DNA of 64,000 nt from Longimicrobiales bacterium (GTDB taxonomy: Bacteria > Gemmatimonadota > Gemmatimonadetes > Longimicrobiales > Gaopeijiaceae). Location: contig OZ252253.1 in NCBI GenBank assembly GCA_965249775.1, positions 3,232,189 through 3,296,188 on the forward strand. Direction: 5' to 3'. A program made the position numbers and the translations under genes. The first letter of the stretch is position 1. Every line of letters begins with the position of its first letter. Under the pieces are notes generated by a model. That model was not told the DNA's origin, searched no databases, and saw nothing but the letters and a program-made list of their open reading frames with translations. Positions 9,390 through 18,112 of the stretch are shown in pieces.

Positions 9390-10453
9390 GAGCCCGCCAG
9401 GACGAAGCTGCCTTGCACATAGAGACTGTTCGTATTTTCCAGCCCTTCGAACTGCTCGTAACGATACTCCAACCGTAAGGCCAGAAAAGCCACAGGATCA
9501 TACCGAACGCCAACCACGAGCCCGTCGTAGTTCAAGGAAAGGGGAGCGAAAACGTCGTCGCCCGTCGGTACAATCACCTGCTCGACCCTGGCGTAGGGCT
9601 TCACCGATGAGAGCCCGCCCCACAGCCGGTACCCGAATTGGACGTAGTACGCATCCGAGCCGGGGAACGCTCCAGTGCCCGCCACGGGGTCATGGGTCAC
9701 GTGGGTGTATTCGGCGAGAATTTCGGGAGCGTCCCGGTCAAACGCCGCGTGCACCGAGTAGATCCGTTCGTTGACGTCACTCAGATCGGGTGCCTGCAGT
9801 CGGTCGCTGTAGAAGGTTGCGCCGACCTCGAGGCCCACGATCGAGATGGGCCGCGACTGCACCCGCGCCACCCATGCGGGGCGGTCGTTGTCATCGCCGG
9901 CGTCGCCGGCCCGAGCGATGTTGGCGCCCCTTCCGTTGCCGATCCCCACCTTATAGCCGAGCCCAAGCGACGTAGTAGGCAATCCGCCTTCGGCGATGAG
10001 GCCCACGAAATGAGTCGGGATGAAGCGGCTCCCGAACTTGATCATCTCCGGCCTCGCCACCGACGTCTGGAGCCAGGATCCATGGTGGAACGCCGCGTTC
10101 CAATAGCCCACCGGCGTGTGGAACCGGCCTGCAGCGATCTTGAATTCATCGGCGAAATCGAATCGCACCAGCGCACGCTCGACCTCGATCGAATAGCCGT
10201 CGTTCTTGGCGGTGAGCGAGACTTCACCGAAAAACGTGAACCGCTCGTCGAGGTCGGCAATCACGTGGCCGACCATCTGCCCCATTCGGAAGCCTTCGTC
10301 CTGATCCAACTCGGTGACCACGTAGTTGAAATCCCCGAAGCCCATAGCCCGGACGAAGGGATCGTCTGGCACCTGGCCGGCCAGGCCGACGGCAGGCGAA
10401 AAGACTGCGATGAAAAGGCCTAACCGGAATTCACGCATTGCTTGTCTCAGCAC
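9386..10453 (-). CDS. Outer-membrane beta-barrel porin-like protein (possibly a phosphate-selective OprO/P-like porin)
   Basis: Signal peptide, then alternating amphipathic beta-strand pattern across 355 aa. Co-operonic with the PstS-like gene. Confidence 0.5.
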   Translation of the reverse strand: MLRQAMREFRLGLFIAVFSPAVGLAGQVPDDPFVRAMGFGDFNYVVTELDQDEGFRMGQMVGHVIADLDERFTFFGEVSLTAKNDGYSIEVERALVRFDFADEFKIAAGRFHTPVGYWNAAFHHGSWLQTSVARPEMIKFGSRFIPTHFVGLIAEGGLPTTSLGLGYKVGIGNGRGANIARAGDAGDDNDRPAWVARVQSRPISIVGLEVGATFYSDRLQAPDLSDVNERIYSVHAAFDRDAPEILAEYTHVTHDPVAGTGAFPGSDAYYVQFGYRLWGGLSSVKPYARVEQVIVPTGDDVFAPLSLNYDGLVVGVRYDPVAFLALRLEYRYEQFEGLENTNSLYVQGSFVLAGS

Positions 10454-10619
10454 CCATTCACGTGGTTAGGTGGTGCGACTTCCAAGGTGGTGCGACTCCG
10501 ACCGAGGCTCGGCCACGGGGCCACGCTACACGACCATCGTCACGTTAGCAAACATTCAAGCTTCGGCAGACGTCGGCGCCCCGTCGATCCGTGAAACCGG
10601 CACCGGTGTGAGAGGGCAC

Positions 10620-12110
10620 TCAATCGGTGAAGCGACTGACCCTCCAACGCCGCTTTCCGTCCCAATCGACCCATCCCCGGTCCTTCCCGGAACCCTTTCC
10701 GATAAGCCGCGTGTGATTGAACTCCGGGCGAGGGCCATTACCCGGAACGCCGAAGAGGAACTTCGCACCCCGCGCGACCCCGTGAGAGCTCACTCCGAGG
10801 CCTTGATACTTCAAGGGTTCGGGAAATTCGTAGCCTCCCAGCTCCGTCCATTCGTGCCCGTCGACGGAGCCCCAGGCCCGGGCTCGGTGCCCTCCTCGAG
10901 CGATGGCGAGCCTGATGAACACCAGTGTGTCCGAGTCGAAGAGTCCCTCAGGGCCAAGCTTTCTCTCCTTCGCCATCGTAGGGCCCTTGGGCGCGACGCG
11001 GTACTGTATGCGGAGCCCGTGGTGCTCCCCTATGCGGAATACGCCGAAGTATGGGGAACCGCTGGCGAGTGAAGCTCGGGCCACTACGCCGCCCTTGACC
11101 CAATCATCGACGTCCGAGTTGGGACCGGAAACACAAAACGTATACTGGTTGTCTATGTTGTCAGAGTAGTCACGGTAACGGTACAGAAAGCTGTCGCCGT
11201 GACCCCAGAGATCTCCCGAACGCGCCCACATACCGCAGATATCGCCCGCCTCCGTGACGGATGGCGTGTAGCCCCGCAACGCCTGGAAGGGGAAGCCGGT
11301 GCTTCGACGGGTTCTCGACCAAGGGTCCACGCGAGTGTTCACATGGTCGGTGGCGATGTGATGGCAGTCGTGATCGACAGCGGATTGCCACCGCTCCCTA
11401 TCGTCGACGTAGTACGCACGAGAGACGAGGCCCGCCTCGTGAACGTCTTTCGCGAAACGGACATTCTGGCCGTTCATATTGTAGAAGACGATGTGGCCCT
11501 CCCCCGGGACTTGGCCGGCCTTTGAAATGTTGGTCGACAAGAAGGCAACGCGTCCGTTGGCATCTCCCGCGTCGGCGTAGGTGGCCAGGTCACTTGCTGC
11601 CCCGGTGAGAACGATGAGGAACCTGCCCCTCAACTCCGCCAGCTTCGGCCAGCCTTGGGCGGCCACGGCCTCTTGAAGCGAGTCCACTCCAGGCTCACGA
11701 GCCAGCAGGTCTTGCGGCCGGTAGAGGTGGTCCTTGCCGAGGACGTCCACGAGAAGACGATCGAGCACGGCGGCCGATTGTGGCGCCGACGCCCTCTTGT
11801 GAAAGGGGTCCTTCATGTCGAGGAAGAGCGTGATCACTTCATGCTGTGGTACGGCTTGCTGAATCCCCTTGCAGATCTGTAGAAATCCGCTGAACCGATC
11901 CACCGAGGTGTCGGGGTCTATCCACGCTACGTGGTAGACGTACCAATCGTTCTTGAGAGCATTCCGGAACGGCTTGCCGCGGTGCAGATCGATCTCGAGC
12001 GACCGGATTCTCCAGTACAGGACCTGGTCGTAGATACCCTCGGAGCGCTGGAAGGCATTGTGACTCGACGTCTGGCGAACCTCGTTATAGCGCAGATCCT
12101 CGTACGACAT
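10620..12110 (-). CDS. PI-PLC X-domain-like phosphodiesterase fused to a C-terminal beta-sandwich (LamG/DUF1349-like) domain
   Basis: N-terminal TSSHNAF...EIDLH resembles the phosphoinositide phospholipase C X-domain catalytic region. No signal peptide. Confidence 0.5.
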   Translation of the reverse strand: MSYEDLRYNEVRQTSSHNAFQRSEGIYDQVLYWRIRSLEIDLHRGKPFRNALKNDWYVYHVAWIDPDTSVDRFSGFLQICKGIQQAVPQHEVITLFLDMKDPFHKRASAPQSAAVLDRLLVDVLGKDHLYRPQDLLAREPGVDSLQEAVAAQGWPKLAELRGRFLIVLTGAASDLATYADAGDANGRVAFLSTNISKAGQVPGEGHIVFYNMNGQNVRFAKDVHEAGLVSRAYYVDDRERWQSAVDHDCHHIATDHVNTRVDPWSRTRRSTGFPFQALRGYTPSVTEAGDICGMWARSGDLWGHGDSFLYRYRDYSDNIDNQYTFCVSGPNSDVDDWVKGGVVARASLASGSPYFGVFRIGEHHGLRIQYRVAPKGPTMAKERKLGPEGLFDSDTLVFIRLAIARGGHRARAWGSVDGHEWTELGGYEFPEPLKYQGLGVSSHGVARGAKFLFGVPGNGPRPEFNHTRLIGKGSGKDRGWVDWDGKRRWRVSRFTD

Positions 12111-12285
12111 GGTTAGGTCTCTTCTGTCGACCGGCGGTCACTCATGAGACTCTGGGGCCCGGCCGGTCCGATCGGGTCCGATGTGCCCGCTCCTAATTGC
12201 GCGACGTCCTGCGCGAACTCACTATATCCCTGGTCGACACAGCACCGAAACGGTGTATGAAGCTCCATCATAAAGGAAGGTCGTC

Positions 12286-13479
12286 ATGTCTCTCTCCGAT
12301 CGCTCGATACGTGTAATTCCTTTCGCCGTCGCCTTGACCTTGCTCGTGGGATGCGGCGCGCCAGACGAAGATGGCATGGCCATGGCAGCATCGGCAGACA
12401 TGCCGTCATTCACCGCCATTTCATCGGGCTTCATGCTCCCGCAGCCTGGCATCACCGGTACGCCCGCCGACAACATCACTGACCCGGTGCTGAGGGGCCT
12501 CCCGAATCCCAATCCGACCGTGATCACCAACTTTGGCCCGATCCCCGAGGGCCGCGTGTGGGGGGCGACGGCGGGCGCCGATATCGGACCCGATGGGCAC
12601 GTCTGGGTCTATGACCGGTGTGGAGCGAGTTTTGGCCCCGAGTGCGACACCAACCTCGTCGATCCGATCCTCAAGTACGACCGGAACACAGGGGAGCTGT
12701 TGGCCAGCATCGGTGCGGGCGTGTTCGTCACCCCCCACGGACTTCACATAGACGACGACGGAAACGTCTGGGTGACCGACAACGCTGCGAACGCGGACAG
12801 CACGAAGGGCCATCAGGTGACGAAACTCAGCCCCGAAGGCGAGATCCTGCTGCAGCTCGGTGAGGCCGGGATGGCCGGAAGCGGTCCGGGCCAGCTCAAC
12901 CAGCCGAACGATGTGATCACGGCGCCGAACGGAGACATCTTCGTCGCGGACGGGCACAACGGGCAAGGTGGGAACCCTGCGCCGGGCTCCACGGGACGGA
13001 TCCTGAAATACACGCCAGAGGGCGAGTTCATCATGGAGTGGGGAGAGATCGGGATCGGTCAAGGCGAGTTCCGGACGCCTCATGCCTTGGAGATGGACTC
13101 ACGGGGCCGTCTTTTCGTGGCCGACCGAGGCAACCACCGGATTCAGATCTTCGATCAGGACGGGAACTACCTCGATTCGTACTATCAGTTCAGCCGGATC
13201 AGCGGCCTGTTCATTACCGACGATGATATGCTCTACGCGATCGACTCCGAGACTGGAGGGACGAACCACCCAGGTTGGGTCACCGGCATCCGGATCGGGC
13301 ATGCCTCGGCCGACGTGGTGACGGCGTTCATCCCAGGCCACGCAACCTCTGACGGCCGGCCCTGGAACACGGCGGGTGAAGGGGTAGCGGTCGACGCCGA
13401 CGGAAACGTGTTTGGAGCGGAGGGACCCGGATCTCGTCCCGCCGTGGACGGGGGGCTGACGAAGTACGTCAGGCAGTAG
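12286..13479 (+). CDS. NHL-repeat six-bladed beta-propeller lipoprotein (PAL-lyase-like)
   Basis: Lipobox LTLLVGC. Repeated GPDGHVWV, DGNVWVTD, NGDIFVADGHN, GRLFVADRGNHRIQIFD, which are NHL repeats. Confidence 0.7.
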   Translation: MSLSDRSIRVIPFAVALTLLVGCGAPDEDGMAMAASADMPSFTAISSGFMLPQPGITGTPADNITDPVLRGLPNPNPTVITNFGPIPEGRVWGATAGADIGPDGHVWVYDRCGASFGPECDTNLVDPILKYDRNTGELLASIGAGVFVTPHGLHIDDDGNVWVTDNAANADSTKGHQVTKLSPEGEILLQLGEAGMAGSGPGQLNQPNDVITAPNGDIFVADGHNGQGGNPAPGSTGRILKYTPEGEFIMEWGEIGIGQGEFRTPHALEMDSRGRLFVADRGNHRIQIFDQDGNYLDSYYQFSRISGLFITDDDMLYAIDSETGGTNHPGWVTGIRIGHASADVVTAFIPGHATSDGRPWNTAGEGVAVDADGNVFGAEGPGSRPAVDGGLTKYVRQ

Positions 13480-13554
13480 CTGCTGCGCCGGGGGGCACCT
13501 GAATGCTAGCCACGAGGCTAACTCGGGTGCACCCCGGCGAGGTTTTCGGGGCAG

Positions 13555-13959
13555 ATGTCAGCTGAGTTTCCCGTCCCTGGTGTCGAGCTCTCTCTTCTCC
13601 TCGTTGTGGAGGACATCACGCGTGCGCGGGCTTTCTACACCGACGTCCTCGGAGCCGAGCTCTTTAGGGAGTATGGGGGCACGTCTGCGGTTCTGGAGTT
13701 TCAGGGCAATTGGCTCCTGCTCGTAACGGGCGGTGGTCCAACCGAGGACAAGCCGACCGTAACGTTTGCCCCGCCCGCCGATCCGGAGAGAGTGAGCCAT
13801 CAGATGACCATGCGAGTCCCCGACTGCCACGCGGCGTACGAGGTCCTGAGGTCTCGCGGCGCCGAGTTCCTGACACCCCCTTTGGATCGAGGCGGTGAGA
13901 TCCGTTGTTTCTTTCGAGACCCCGACGGGCACCTCCTGGAGATCAGCGAGGTGACGTAA
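13555..13959 (+). CDS. VOC (glyoxalase/bleomycin-resistance/dioxygenase) family protein
   Basis: 134 aa. The ending RCFFRDPDGHLLEI is typical of glyoxalase-fold proteins. Confidence 0.65.
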   Translation: MSAEFPVPGVELSLLLVVEDITRARAFYTDVLGAELFREYGGTSAVLEFQGNWLLLVTGGGPTEDKPTVTFAPPADPERVSHQMTMRVPDCHAAYEVLRSRGAEFLTPPLDRGGEIRCFFRDPDGHLLEISEVT

Positions 13960-13980
13960 CCGAGGCAGAGTGAACGTTCT

Positions 13981-15543
13981 ATGAATCAACTGAATAGCAA
14001 GGTCTACCGCCACGAACTGCTCCCGACGCATTTTCTGGAACGTGCCGGTGACGCCTATGCGGAGCACACTGCCGTCGTGGACGGTGATGTCGAATACACG
14101 TGGCGCGAGTTCCGGGCCCGCGCCAGGCGATTTGCATCCGCGCTCCAAGCGCAAGGATTGGAGAAGGGCGAGCGTATCGCGTTTCTCGCGTTGAACTCGG
14201 AGCCGTTGCTCCTCGCCCACTTCGGTGTGCCGCTCGCGGGTGGCGTGCTCGTGAGCATCAACACGCGCCTGTCGGCCGACGAAATCGGCTACATCATCGG
14301 ACAATCCGGGTCGACCAAGGTGTTTTACAGTCCCGAGCTCCGTGAGGAAATCCCCGGCACACTGTCCGGCGTAACGCTGATCGACACCCGAGGCGAGCTC
14401 GAGGATCTGTTGTCACAGGGCACGGAGGACGAGTTGCCCACGGACGGATTTCACGAGGACGAGACGATCACGATCAACTACACGTCTGGGACCACCGGCC
14501 GACCCAAGGGCGTCATGTATCATCATCGCGGCGCATATCTGAACGCCCTGGCCATGGTGCTCGACCAGCGTCTCACTGCGGACAGCGTGTATCTCTGGAC
14601 GTTGCCCATGTTCCACTGTAACGGGTGGACGTTCGCCTGGGGCGTCGCCGCGGTCGGTGCGACGAGCGTGTGCATTCCGCGGATCGATCCGGCCGATGTG
14701 TGGCGGCGGTTCGATGAGGGTGTCACCCACTTCTGCGCCGCACCCACGGTGCTCACCATGCTTGCCAATGATCCTGCCGCCCACCGACTCGAGCGACCGG
14801 TGCGGCTGTTCACGGCCGGTGCGCCACCGTCGCCTACGATCATCTCACAGATGGCCGCCCTCAATTTCGAGCTCGAGCATACGTACGGACTGACGGAGAC
14901 CTACGGTCCGTGTACGATCAACGTTGCGCCACCGAGTCTGGAAGATCAGCCCGAAGAGGAGCGGTCGCGTCACAAGGCGCGACAGGGGTTCTTGAATGTG
15001 TTGGGTGGGGAGATGAGCGTCGTCGACACTGAGATGAAGCCTGTTCCGGCCGATGGCGAGACCATGGGTGAGGTCGTCATGCGCGGCAATATCGTCATGA
15101 AGGGCTACTTCGACGATACGGAAGCCACGGACAAGGCGTTCACCGGTGGGTGGTTCCATAGCGGCGACATCGCCGTGCTTCATCCCGACGGGTCCATCGA
15201 GCTCCGCGACCGGATGAAGGACATCATCATCTCGGGTGGCGAGAACATCAGTACAGTCGAAGTGGAGCAGGCGGTGGTGTCGCATCCGGCCGTGATGGAA
15301 TGTGCCGTCGTACCGATCCCGCACGAGAAATGGGGGGAGGTGCCGAAGGCCTTCGTCACTCTGAAGCCTCAGCAAACGGCCTCGGAGGACGAAATCGTCG
15401 AGCATTGTCGCAGTAAGCTCGCGGGCTTCAAGGTCCCCAAGACGATCGAGTTCGGCGATCTGCCGAAGACGTCGACCGGGAAAATCCAGAAGTTCCTGCT
15501 GCGCAATCGTGAGTGGGAGGAACACGGGGGGCGGATCAACTAG
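13981..15543 (+). CDS. AMP-dependent synthetase/ligase (acyl-CoA synthetase)
   Basis: AMP-binding signature TSGTTGRPKGV. Also YGLTET, GWFHSGD, and the C-terminal conserved Lys region. Confidence 0.85.
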   Translation: MNQLNSKVYRHELLPTHFLERAGDAYAEHTAVVDGDVEYTWREFRARARRFASALQAQGLEKGERIAFLALNSEPLLLAHFGVPLAGGVLVSINTRLSADEIGYIIGQSGSTKVFYSPELREEIPGTLSGVTLIDTRGELEDLLSQGTEDELPTDGFHEDETITINYTSGTTGRPKGVMYHHRGAYLNALAMVLDQRLTADSVYLWTLPMFHCNGWTFAWGVAAVGATSVCIPRIDPADVWRRFDEGVTHFCAAPTVLTMLANDPAAHRLERPVRLFTAGAPPSPTIISQMAALNFELEHTYGLTETYGPCTINVAPPSLEDQPEEERSRHKARQGFLNVLGGEMSVVDTEMKPVPADGETMGEVVMRGNIVMKGYFDDTEATDKAFTGGWFHSGDIAVLHPDGSIELRDRMKDIIISGGENISTVEVEQAVVSHPAVMECAVVPIPHEKWGEVPKAFVTLKPQQTASEDEIVEHCRSKLAGFKVPKTIEFGDLPKTSTGKIQKFLLRNREWEEHGGRIN

Positions 15544-15737
15544 ACCCGGGGACCGACCGCCACGCCCGAGGTTGGGGGCTGCGTCCGATTGGGGACGACG
15601 TCCAAAAAGGGTTACCGTTCTTCCCTGTCATAGGGCCGGACCAGGCGCTGCATCCGCTGTCTTGGCTAGGCTCGTGGCTTCCAGAGCAGACCGAAGAGCA
15701 GACTGTGCGCCTGGCCGTCGAGGATAGCTAGCGAACG

Positions 15738-17141
15738 ATGCAAGACATGACCAAGGGCCCCATCACGGGGCACATCATGAGGATGGCCGTTCCGATCGCC
15801 ATCGGCATGGTCTTTCAGACCCTCTACGTGCTGGTCGACCTCTACTTCGTGGCCCAGCTCGGTGACGCCGCCATCGCCGGAGTGGGGGCCGCGGGTAATG
15901 TGCAGTTCCTCGTGATGGCCATCACCCAGATCCTGGGCGTAGGGACGATGGCGCTCATCGCTCAGGCGAGTGGCAGGAAGGACCGGGACGACGCGAACCT
16001 GATCTTTAACCAGAGCCTCGTGCTCGCCGCGCTGTGCGCCGCCATTACGTTGGTCGGTGGATACGGCCTGGGCGCATGGTACGTGGGCACGATAGGTGCG
16101 GACGCCGAGACGGTGACGGCAGGAATCACGTACCTCTACTGGGTGCTTCCGGGCCTCGCCCTCCAGTTCGCACTGATCTCGATGGGGTCGGCGCTCCGAG
16201 GGACGGGAATCGTCAACCCGACGATCGTCGTTCAGGTGCTGACGGTCGTGTTGAACGCGATCCTCGCCCCGATCATGATCACGGGCTGGGGCACGGGCCG
16301 ACCGCTTGGGGTCGTGGGCGCGGGCCTCTCGACGACGATCTCGATCGCCGTCGCCGTCGTCTTGATGACCCTCTACTTCACACGCCTCGAGCGATACGTG
16401 GTGTTCGATACGAGCATGGTTCACCCGCGCGTCTCCGCCTGGAAACGAATCCTGGCTGTGGGTCTGCCGCCGGGGGGCGAGTTCGCGCTCATGTTCGTAT
16501 ACATGGGCATCATTTATTGGACCATCCAGGGCTTCGGATCTGAGGCCCAGGCGGGCTTCGGAGTCGGCTCGCGGGTCATGCAAGCGGTTTTCCTCCCTGC
16601 GATGGCCATCGCCTTCGCAACCGCCCCGGTTGCAGGGCAGAACGTAGGTGCCAGAGAGCCCGACAGGGTCCGGGAGACCTTCCGCACGTCCATGATCATT
16701 CTCAGCGTGATCATGCTGCTCCTGACGCTGTTCTGTCAGTGGCGCCCCGGCGTGCTCATCGCTTTCTTCACGCCCGACCAGGCGGTCATCGACCCGGGTG
16801 CCGAGTTCCTGCGGATCATCTCGTGGAACTTTGTCGCGATGGGAATCGTCTTCACGTGCTCCGGCATGTTCCAGGCCCTCGGAAACACGGTCCCCGCCCT
16901 CCTTGCGAGCGCCACGCGGCTCGTGTCCTTCGTCATCCCCGCGGTTTGGCTCTCCGGCCAGAGCTGGTTCGAGCTCCGCCACCTCTGGTGGGTCTCGGTC
17001 GCAACCCTCGCTCTTCAGGCTGTAATCGCGTGGTGGCTGCTGTCGGGGGAAATGCGGCGGAAGCTGACGTACGAACCCGCCGTCAGTGATGATCAGTCAG
17101 GCGCAGATCGTACAATGAGCGAGGTGCAGGCAGTACACTGA
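15738..17141 (+). CDS. MATE-family multidrug/sodium efflux transporter
   Basis: 467 aa, 12 predicted TM helices. N-terminal GHIMRMAVPIAIGMVFQTLY motif is typical of NorM/DinF. Confidence 0.85.
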   Translation: MQDMTKGPITGHIMRMAVPIAIGMVFQTLYVLVDLYFVAQLGDAAIAGVGAAGNVQFLVMAITQILGVGTMALIAQASGRKDRDDANLIFNQSLVLAALCAAITLVGGYGLGAWYVGTIGADAETVTAGITYLYWVLPGLALQFALISMGSALRGTGIVNPTIVVQVLTVVLNAILAPIMITGWGTGRPLGVVGAGLSTTISIAVAVVLMTLYFTRLERYVVFDTSMVHPRVSAWKRILAVGLPPGGEFALMFVYMGIIYWTIQGFGSEAQAGFGVGSRVMQAVFLPAMAIAFATAPVAGQNVGAREPDRVRETFRTSMIILSVIMLLLTLFCQWRPGVLIAFFTPDQAVIDPGAEFLRIISWNFVAMGIVFTCSGMFQALGNTVPALLASATRLVSFVIPAVWLSGQSWFELRHLWWVSVATLALQAVIAWWLLSGEMRRKLTYEPAVSDDQSGADRTMSEVQAVH

Positions 17142-17156
17142 TGGAGTGTGATCCGC

Positions 17157-18098
17157 ATGGATCCTGACCCCAAGTTCCTCAGCCAAGAAGAGGCGGCCCG
17201 CTTTTGGCAGCGGGCAGCTCAGCTTCAGGCCGAGGCCGCTCAAAAAGCCGAGGCGCTGGTCGGGGGGCCCGAGGGCGAGGAGGCGGATGCGGATCCGACC
17301 GAGGGATATGCACTCACGCACGTGCGCTCCGCCGCGTTGGAAGCAGGCATATCCGAGAAGTTCATGGACGCAGCGCTTGCCGACCTGCACGCCGAGCGTG
17401 CACTCCCGCGGAAAAAGCGGAGGTGGGGTCTGGCGCGATGGATCCTCAAGAACCCCTCGGAAACCATTACCGCGCGGCGTGTCATCGAGGCGCCACCGGA
17501 GGCGGTGCTCTCCGCGATGCAGGACGTCTTCCCGCGGGAGCCGTACCGCCTTACCCTGACTGACCAAAAGGGCGATCTGCTCACTGGAGGGGTGTTGGTC
17601 TTCGACATCCAGGGGTTTGGGGGGGCGGGGGTCCCCGAGGGTTTGGCCCGCGACGCCAGCTGGTCGGCGCTCCGGAAGGTGCTGGTCTCCCTCCGGCCGA
17701 TCGAAGGCACTACGCCCTCGTGCGAGGTGACTCTACGCGGTCCCGTGGGCTGGTCGTACGGGATGGACGTCTTTCAGGGGGTGTTGGCTACCGGATTCGC
17801 CGGAGTCCCCGGCCTCTTGCTGGGGGTCGTCGGCTACGGCCTAGCCGACGTGCCGGAGGGCAGTCTCCTCACGGCTTTGGGGGCGATCCTCGTTGCAGGG
17901 GGGGGCTTGGTCGGGGGCGGCCTCGGCGTGAAGAGCTATCGAGCGGTGTGCCGCTACGGCATTGAGAGGGGCAAGAAAGCGCTCGAGGGGCTCCTCGGCG
18001 CCTTGGCAGGCCATGCGGAAGGGGGTTGGCGGATCACCCCGTTGGCGGACAGCGCGCCGCCGCCCTCGCTTCCGGGCGCAGCTGGCGCGAACGGCTGA
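17157..18098 (+). CDS. Hypothetical protein with C-terminal glycine-zipper membrane segment
   Basis: The ATG at 17157 with GGAG 12 nt upstream is preferred over the GTG at 17148. C-terminal GxxxG-rich hydrophobic region. It lies 14 nt upstream of the DUF5916 gene. Confidence 0.45.
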   Translation: MDPDPKFLSQEEAARFWQRAAQLQAEAAQKAEALVGGPEGEEADADPTEGYALTHVRSAALEAGISEKFMDAALADLHAERALPRKKRRWGLARWILKNPSETITARRVIEAPPEAVLSAMQDVFPREPYRLTLTDQKGDLLTGGVLVFDIQGFGGAGVPEGLARDASWSALRKVLVSLRPIEGTTPSCEVTLRGPVGWSYGMDVFQGVLATGFAGVPGLLLGVVGYGLADVPEGSLLTALGAILVAGGGLVGGGLGVKSYRAVCRYGIERGKKALEGLLGALAGHAEGGWRITPLADSAPPPSLPGAAGANG

Positions 18099-18112
18099 GG
18101 TAAGAGGCGAGA

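Noticed and set aside
15666-16982. 438-aa ORF on the - strand
   Set aside because: Antisense to the MATE transporter gene. Its composition is dominated by Arg/Asp/Glu/His.
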